Below, one piece after another: positions 58,155 through 64,000 of a stretch of DNA of 64,000 nt. The DNA is taken from IMG/VR virus record IMGVR_UViG_3300032516_000004, positions 113,942 through 177,941 of that record; one strand, 5' to 3'. The DNA comes from a virus. The translations under genes were made by a program, and so were the position numbers. The notes under the pieces were generated by a model, which searched no databases, was not told the origin of the DNA, and saw only the letters and a list, made by a program, of their open reading frames with translations. Every line of letters starts with the position of its first letter. Position 1 is the first letter of the stretch.

Positions 58155-58440
58155 ATTCTTCATCCTTTCGTTTACGATATTTACGGGTTGACCATACCAC
58201 ATTGCCGGTAGCTACAAAGTAATGGTCGCACCTTATACATATAACGGGGGCAAGAGTGTCACCATCCTCTATTGGCACGTGCCATTTCTTGTATGGGCAT
58301 TGATACCCACAGTGTGGACATACTGGAGATCTTTGATTTTTAGTATTTAATTTTGTAGTGCCCGCCCCATTTGGCCGAACAGTTGTTGGTAGTGAGTTTA
58401 TACCACCCTTTCTAACATTAGTTAATTTCAATGGTTTCAT
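58132..58440 (-). CDS. Zn-ribbon protein, probable paralog of its neighbour
   Basis: CPHCGY...CIRC...WST. Confidence 0.5.
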   Translation of the reverse strand: MKPLKLTNVRKGGINSLPTTVRPNGAGTTKLNTKNQRSPVCPHCGYQCPYKKWHVPIEDGDTLAPVICIRCDHYFVATGNVVWSTRKYRKRKDEEYDDEPTE

Positions 58441-58613
58441 GTTCCATCACTTCCATTTTGAGTCTTAATCTGATCAACATAAATCTTAAGAGCTTCGTAT
58501 ACTTCAGGCTCCAAGTGGATGGTATTGGTAACGTTAATCCCGTCTTCAGTGGTAAGTGTGATCATATATCCATCAAAATCGGCATATACCGCATCTCCTA
58601 GGTAGAGTTTCAT
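58437..58613 (-). CDS. Small hypothetical protein (58 aa)
   Basis: Read manually: MKLYLGDAVYADFDGYMITLTTEDG...; GGAG RBS. Confidence 0.55.
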   Translation of the reverse strand: MKLYLGDAVYADFDGYMITLTTEDGINVTNTIHLEPEVYEALKIYVDQIKTQNGSDGT

Positions 58614-58807
58614 TGATCAAGCTCCAATTGGTAGTATAGTTGACGTAACGTGAGTCTTAGTCCCTGATCTAAATATTGGTCAATAATGCCATTACATTGT
58701 TCAATACGAGCCGCACTAACAGATTTGAATTTTGTAACCCTAAATTTTTGTTTCATTACAATTTCCATTCTCGAGGAATAGGAAAACTATTGGGCTTTAG
58801 ATGTCGT

Positions 58808-59260
58808 TCATATACAATTTTTCGACATTTTTCTCCTCCGTTCCAAATAACAGGTCTGACAAATACAGGAGTTGTGGGCCTCTTTATCGGTACAGTTGTG
58901 AGTGCAACACTGTCTGCCGCAAACCATGCACGTCCACAGCACAACTTTTCGCTTGGACTCGTGGTAGCAGTGAAAGCACACACGGCCCTCCGGTTTCGCT
59001 ACTTCCCTCATTTGCCCCTCAGATTTAGTATCATGAAGGTTTAGCATTAAGTTAATTGGTGCGGTGTTCACGATCGTCGCCCGAACAAGGTCGTCGACAA
59101 AGGCTGAGGTACCACGAGCTACGGCGTCCGGATCGTGGCCGGCTTCGCGCAGAACAGCGTCGATTTCCTCTTCGCTCTCCGGTCCCTTGACGTTTTCGAG
59201 AACATCACCAAGAGCCGCCACCAAGTCCAGGTCTGTGTTGACGGATCGTTGCTTGCTCAT
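58808..59260 (-). CDS. Hypothetical, possibly chimeric ORF (GC-rich 5' half, Cys-rich 3' half)
   Basis: 150 aa; internal GAGGGG-ATG could start a separate Cys-rich gene. Confidence 0.4.
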   Translation of the reverse strand: MSKQRSVNTDLDLVAALGDVLENVKGPESEEEIDAVLREAGHDPDAVARGTSAFVDDLVRATIVNTAPINLMLNLHDTKSEGQMREVAKPEGRVCFHCYHESKRKVVLWTCMVCGRQCCTHNCTDKEAHNSCICQTCYLERRRKMSKNCI

Positions 59261-59432
59261 GGTTTCACCACCTTGGCCGCGCAGCGGTCGAGACGTTTTG
59301 ATCTACTGTAGATATCTGCCGCCGAGACACCCAGGTGTTGAGCCAATAGGCGGGGCTAATATGTTAGTAAATGCCTCGCTGTATTGTGCTTGTGCCACTT
59401 CCACGCGTGCCTTCAACCGTTCAAGGATCGAA

Positions 59433-60689
59433 TCAGCGACTGGTTTCATGTTTGTCCTCAAATCTGCTGAATATCTCATCCACATGTTTCAAGTGTCGTG
59501 CCAATCGTTCATCGGTGGTTGGTATTGGTTCATCATTTGTTCTACTAAATAGGTCATGTTGGACCGCAGTATGTGCTTCTTGTCTTGACATTCCTTGATC
59601 GATAAGATCCAACATAATCGATTGTGAGGTCCACTGATATACTGATTCTCGAACCCTAGACTCCATTTTCTGTTTATCAACCCATAATTCTTTTATAACT
59701 TTAGTCATTCGTTTAATCATGTAGTATACAATTCCAAAGGCGTCTGGAATAACTAAGCGTTCTACTGAAGAGTGTGAGATGTCACGTTCATGCCAAAGTG
59801 CTACATCTTCAAGCATTGGGGCCACATAACTGCGAACCACTCTAGTCAGCCCACATAAATTTTCGCAAACGATCGGGTTAACTTTATGAGGCATACTAGA
59901 TGATCCTTTATAACCTGATCCGTGACCTTCTGCTAATTCTTGAACATCTGACCTAGCCAGCAATCTGATTTCTAGGGCAAGGCGCTCAATAGCGGTGGCA
60001 AGAAGTGCCAATTCACTAATAAGTTCGGCATGTCGATCACGGGCTACGATTTGACTTGAAATTGGCTCAGCGGTTAACTCAAGAACTTTCATGAGTTCTT
60101 GTTCAATGGTTGGTGGAACATAGGCATATAGACCAATAGAACCTGAAAGTTTGCCCACCGCAACCATGGATTTTACGTTAACAAGTCTCGTTATATGTCG
60201 ACACAATTCACTATAATGATTCAATAATACTAAACCAAATGTTGACGGCTCAGCGAAACGTCCATGAGTACGGGCCATAATAAGTGTGTTTTTGTGTTCA
60301 ACAGCTTTTTCTAATACAGCACTGCATAGAACAGCCAATGTATCTTGTATGAGGCCCACGGACTCTTTCATTTGAAGCGCTAGTCCAGTGTCTACCAGAT
60401 CGCTAGAGGTCATTCCGTAATGAATATACCTGCCAGGTTTACCAAGAGCATCTTCTAATACAGATAGAAAAGCAACTACATCGTGTTGGGTTGATTTTTC
60501 TTTTTCTTTACAGGCGCTAATGAATTCCTGTGAACTGGCATCGTTGATTGAAAATGTGATTCTTTCTGGAATGGCTCCGTGTTTATGCATTACATTCATG
60601 GCTGTCTGTTCAATCCTCAGCCATAACTTAATCTTATGCTCGTCGGTCCAAATTGCTTCTAATTCGGGGATAGAATATCTAGGGATCAT
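59433..60689 (-). CDS. purB: Adenylosuccinate lyase
   Basis: HDVVAF, HYGMTSSD, RTHG, GSSSMPHKVNP signature loop, WHERDISHSSVER. Confidence 0.95.
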   Translation of the reverse strand: MIPRYSIPELEAIWTDEHKIKLWLRIEQTAMNVMHKHGAIPERITFSINDASSQEFISACKEKEKSTQHDVVAFLSVLEDALGKPGRYIHYGMTSSDLVDTGLALQMKESVGLIQDTLAVLCSAVLEKAVEHKNTLIMARTHGRFAEPSTFGLVLLNHYSELCRHITRLVNVKSMVAVGKLSGSIGLYAYVPPTIEQELMKVLELTAEPISSQIVARDRHAELISELALLATAIERLALEIRLLARSDVQELAEGHGSGYKGSSSMPHKVNPIVCENLCGLTRVVRSYVAPMLEDVALWHERDISHSSVERLVIPDAFGIVYYMIKRMTKVIKELWVDKQKMESRVRESVYQWTSQSIMLDLIDQGMSRQEAHTAVQHDLFSRTNDEPIPTTDERLARHLKHVDEIFSRFEDKHETSR

Positions 60690-60753
60690 TTGCCCGCCTC
60701 TTTAAACACAGCGTCTCCAAGCTCATGCGCCAATTTTTCACGGTCACCACGAA

Positions 60754-60960
60754 TCATGCGTCCTCCCACACAATTTCAAGCACTCGGTCAGCTCTTACAC
60801 GGCGTAATTCATGACCGTTTTGATCAAAGACAATTAGCCAATCTACATCATATTCACCATGAAACTCGTTTTGTAGTTCACAGGTTTGATTTTCGGCAAG
60901 TGTTGCTCGTGTTTCGTTATCATACCAAAATTCTCGTACTTTTACATTTTCGGTGTTCAT
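60754..60960 (-). CDS. Hypothetical protein
   Basis: 68 aa; GGAGG RBS. Confidence 0.5.
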   Translation of the reverse strand: MNTENVKVREFWYDNETRATLAENQTCELQNEFHGEYDVDWLIVFDQNGHELRRVRADRVLEIVWEDA

Positions 60961-61165
60961 ATTTTATCCTCCACATATCGATGGTGGCTTCACATTCGTG
61001 GGCTTGTCTGGTACTTAAAAAGTCTGCAAATTGTTCACTATTGAGACTTATTTCAGCAATCAAAGTATGGCTTTTACCGTCTTCAATTTGAAGATGGAAC
61101 AAATCAAGACTGGATCTAGACATTTGCAGTGTTACGATGGTTTTAATCGGTTTTCCACGAATCAT
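60920..61165 (-). CDS. Hypothetical protein
   Basis: 81-aa coupled ORF. Confidence 0.4.
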   Translation of the reverse strand: MIRGKPIKTIVTLQMSRSSLDLFHLQIEDGKSHTLIAEISLNSEQFADFLSTRQAHECEATIDMWRIKYEHRKCKSTRILV

Positions 61166-61548
61166 GTCTTATCCCACACTTTAAATTGAACCAGTTTTCC
61201 AAGCGTCAATTTAGCTTCACAATCCCTAATACCGCACGTATCGCCAACCTTCTTATTCTTGAAATCTGGTCTTTCTTCACCATGGACTAGGCATTTAATG
61301 TTGTATACAGCCGTTACATATCCACAACCATTCTTCCGGACACCAATAATACCGTTGATTAACCCTAGGGGTCCTACCATGGTAATTCTACCGAGCCCGC
61401 TTACCTGAATGGTTGGATCGTTAGTGAGTTTTTGGTTGCATCGAATACGTGCCGTCATCAATTTACGGATCGATTTAGGGTCCTCTTTCAATGCTCGGTT
61501 TAGAACTTTAACTGCTTGTTGGGCGAACTTCAAAGATAAGTTCTTCAT
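61162..61548 (-). CDS. Hypothetical protein
   Basis: 128 aa; VGPLGLINGIIG. Confidence 0.55.
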   Translation of the reverse strand: MKNLSLKFAQQAVKVLNRALKEDPKSIRKLMTARIRCNQKLTNDPTIQVSGLGRITMVGPLGLINGIIGVRKNGCGYVTAVYNIKCLVHGEERPDFKNKKVGDTCGIRDCEAKLTLGKLVQFKVWDKT

Positions 61549-61781
61549 GTTTTATCCCTCATCAATCGGTAGCAAACACCGGTAAGTAATTGAAGACATC
61601 TAAATACTTCATGGGAACAAGTACCATGTTTCGGAAGCGTACTAAGATGTTTAAGTAATTCCTGAACCTCTACCAGAGCCACAAAATTAGGGTCTCGGGG
61701 TAGACGACCACATTGTGGACATTTATCGATTAACTCTACGCCGTCACACATTTGGCATGGCATATTTACCTCATCAAACAC
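61545..61781 (-). CDS. Small Zn-ribbon protein
   Basis: CQMC...CPQC. Confidence 0.45.
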   Translation of the reverse strand: MFDEVNMPCQMCDGVELIDKCPQCGRLPRDPNFVALVEVQELLKHLSTLPKHGTCSHEVFRCLQLLTGVCYRLMRDKT

Positions 61782-63081
61782 TAAAGATTGTATTCAAAGC
61801 TGGATCTGCCTGGGTTAAATCATCTAATGTAAACAAATGATCTGATACTCGTTCCAATACACTTTTAGTAACCCCAATTAGTATAGAGATAATGTTGCAC
61901 TCAGTTAATCGTTTGGCTTCTGTAAATACCCGGAGCCATTCTTCAGTAATGTTGGCATCACCATCTGTGATCATGATAATGTCAGAATCCTTGTAGGTAG
62001 AATCTTCTTTGATGATTTGAATGGCTTCGTTTAGAGGTTCCATGAAATTTGTGCCACCTCCATCGAAATGTGAGATCGCGTCCATAACATCGTTAGGATT
62101 TACCTTGCCTGAAAATTTATCGACCCTAACTACTGATCCACTGAAATGAACAATCGCAAATGCCCGTTTTTGTGTCTGTGCGACTTGGAGGAGTGCCATA
62201 CATACAGCCTTGCACCACACGTCTGGCTCGCCTTGCATGGAACTACTTTCGTCCACGAGACATACGATCGGACCTCGTGAAAGTTTCTCTCGTCCACGAA
62301 GCCTGTATTGGACAAGTTGTTTCTCTAAGTACCGCTTCTGGAAATCCTTTTTGAGTAATGGATGAGCCAGTTTAGATAGTTCTGACGGCACTAATCTAGC
62401 CAGATCATCCCCCAACATAATGTCAGCCAGCTCATCAACTCCATGTCGGGTCTTCTGTTTCTGTTTTTCTACTGCGATGCGTCGGAAGCGACCCGCTAGT
62501 TCGGCGATCCGTTTCAGGTGATCATTGTCCATCAATCGTCCTGCAATTTCCCGTTTCATGGTAGGTGATGCATATTGGGGACGACCATCTCCTGATCCAT
62601 ATCCGAACGCCCCCAACATTTCATTGGTTTTATCGGCCTCTTCAGCGGCTTCGGTGCATGCTTGTCTCGCAGCTCTCCTTACGAGCGACATATCAAAATT
62701 ATCGGGGTCAGGTACCCCGGTGCCTCCGGATTCTCGGTTGTTGGCCCTAGGCAGAGCTTCCATAAAATCACCGCAAAATTTCACACAGGCAGAAGCTGTT
62801 GCCTCTTCGTTAAGCTTTGTTCTTTCGCGAAGTGTACGCCATTCCTGTAATTGGGTGATTTCATTATAAATTTTATGCGCCCATTTATATTCTGGAGGTA
62901 CTTGGTCTTCTGGAATAGTTTCTGGTGCCAGTTTGTAGGCAGACGAGAAAATATCCTTCATGAATTCCGAATAATTAAATGCTCTACTAGACCCTTCCTT
63001 TTCAATTTCTGACATGTGAGGGTTAGATGCCATGGCCTCATTAAACATTCTAGTGTCCCATTTGTCGCACGGTACTAGCAT
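61774..63081 (-). CDS. VWA-domain protein (ViaA-like)
   Basis: MIDAS DESSSM, GGGTNF, IIMITDG. Confidence 0.85.
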   Translation of the reverse strand: MLVPCDKWDTRMFNEAMASNPHMSEIEKEGSSRAFNYSEFMKDIFSSAYKLAPETIPEDQVPPEYKWAHKIYNEITQLQEWRTLRERTKLNEEATASACVKFCGDFMEALPRANNRESGGTGVPDPDNFDMSLVRRAARQACTEAAEEADKTNEMLGAFGYGSGDGRPQYASPTMKREIAGRLMDNDHLKRIAELAGRFRRIAVEKQKQKTRHGVDELADIMLGDDLARLVPSELSKLAHPLLKKDFQKRYLEKQLVQYRLRGREKLSRGPIVCLVDESSSMQGEPDVWCKAVCMALLQVAQTQKRAFAIVHFSGSVVRVDKFSGKVNPNDVMDAISHFDGGGTNFMEPLNEAIQIIKEDSTYKDSDIIMITDGDANITEEWLRVFTEAKRLTECNIISILIGVTKSVLERVSDHLFTLDDLTQADPALNTIFSV

Positions 63082-63089
63082 GTTGTCTC

Positions 63090-63278
63090 CTACTTATCAC
63101 AAAGCCTAACAAATTGACATACTTCATATATTGCATTATTACATCGAGTTGAGATGCACAGACTCACAAATAAAGCCGCGAAAATTGAGAATTTAAATGC
63201 ATTATATATAAATTTTAATAGTATTAGTAAAGGATTTCGTCTTAATCGTTCTACATCCTCATCGTAATATTCACCCAT
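63090..63278 (-). CDS. Small membrane protein
   Basis: Hydrophobic stretch; 62 aa. Confidence 0.4.
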   Translation of the reverse strand: MGEYYDEDVERLRRNPLLILLKFIYNAFKFSIFAALFVSLCISTRCNNAIYEVCQFVRLCDK

Positions 63279-64000
63279 CTAAATCTCCAATGCCGCAATG
63301 GTTTGTCGATACATACTCTTAATAGATTCTCGAACTTCAAGCAATTTCCTGGTCTTACCCTTGTCAGCGATTTTTACAGTGTCATCAATTTTACTCATTG
63401 CCTGTTTCAATTTGGCGGCAATTTCTTCTTTCAAATGGGACGGTGCATTAGGACTAAATTGTGAAAATACCCCCATACAGTCGTCATAATATCGGGTTGC
63501 TTCCAGGTCCAATGGGTTAGTAACCGACAAAATCTTAGATACCAGGGTTGTCCTTTGTTCCGGTTCTTGCCACAACATATCACACAGCAATTCCAAGTCT
63601 TGTTCAGTAACCTCGTCACGACCGTCAAGCCAGGCCCATGCTTGAAGAACACGAACCGTCTGCTTCCAACGTCTATCACTGGCTACGATACCTTCACGCT
63701 CCAGGGTCATCTTGATGTCCCGCATAGTACTTATAACAAGCTCTGGAAACTTAACTCGTGCAACCTCCTGTTGAGCCGATTCAAGTTCTTCCAAGGTGAT
63801 AGTGGTCTCATTATTACTATTGGTTGCATTAACCGCACCAGCCATCAACGAACACCAGTTTTTGCTGTCTTGAATGTATTTAACGTTATATCTGAGAATA
63901 AATCGATCATACAAAGCTGCTAGCTCTTCATCTTGGGGGAGTTCGTTACTTGCTCCCACAACACTGATTAATGGTATGCTAGTTCTACTTCTGCCATTAT
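63279..64000 (-). CDS. MoxR/RavA-like AAA+ ATPase, 5'-truncated by the window edge
   Basis: VGASNELP, ALYDRF, SDRRW; frame open to base 64000; upstream of the VWA gene. Confidence 0.85.
   Translation of the reverse strand, partial: NGRSRTSIPLISVVGASNELPQDEELAALYDRFILRYNVKYIQDSKNWCSLMAGAVNATNSNNETTITLEELESAQQEVARVKFPELVISTMRDIKMTLEREGIVASDRRWKQTVRVLQAWAWLDGRDEVTEQDLELLCDMLWQEPEQRTTLVSKILSVTNPLDLEATRYYDDCMGVFSQFSPNAPSHLKEEIAAKLKQAMSKIDDTVKIADKGKTRKLLEVRESIKSMYRQTIAALEI

Noticed and set aside
1-64000. tRNA, rRNA, group I/II introns, IS transposases and cas genes
   Set aside because: None recognisable by eye; intergenic gaps are short. tRNAscan-SE and Infernal would be needed to exclude small RNAs.

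Overview
A 64-kb segment of a large tailed dsDNA bacteriophage (jumbo-phage-like) genome, with standard genetic code and tightly packed genes. From left to right it contains: the end of a head operon (scaffold-like, decoration-like, major capsid protein); a mostly minus-strand run of small accessory genes (NADAR, metallophosphoesterase, HNH, DUF2284-like); a long plus-strand replication and nucleotide-metabolism region (class II RNR NrdJ, PurZ/PurZ0-like synthetase, SSB-like, RecA, resolvase, SF2 helicase, dCMP deaminase, primase-helicase, NMP kinase, dUTPase, ThyX, sigma-like factor, DnaE, DnaQ-like exonuclease, SbcCD-like pair, trigger factor); and a minus-strand block (NAD ligase, PurB, VWA + MoxR AAA). 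Three things stand out. (1) The 380-aa DnaE intein has no ordinary sense-strand endonuclease; a complete HNH endonuclease gene with its own RBS lies on the opposite strand, in exact codon register, while the dnaE frame stays open. (2) A RAMP/Cas7-like gene and an accessory gene are followed by a 148-nt array of GGY-NN pentamers ending in a hairpin, which looks like an RNA-guided repeat system (VIPR-like) and not CRISPR. (3) A Ser-type PurZ/PurZ0-like enzyme and a phage-encoded PurB occur together with a family C polymerase. There are also two paralogous endonuclease-Mom fusions and many homing endonucleases. All protein calls come from motifs recognised by eye; no database search was run.
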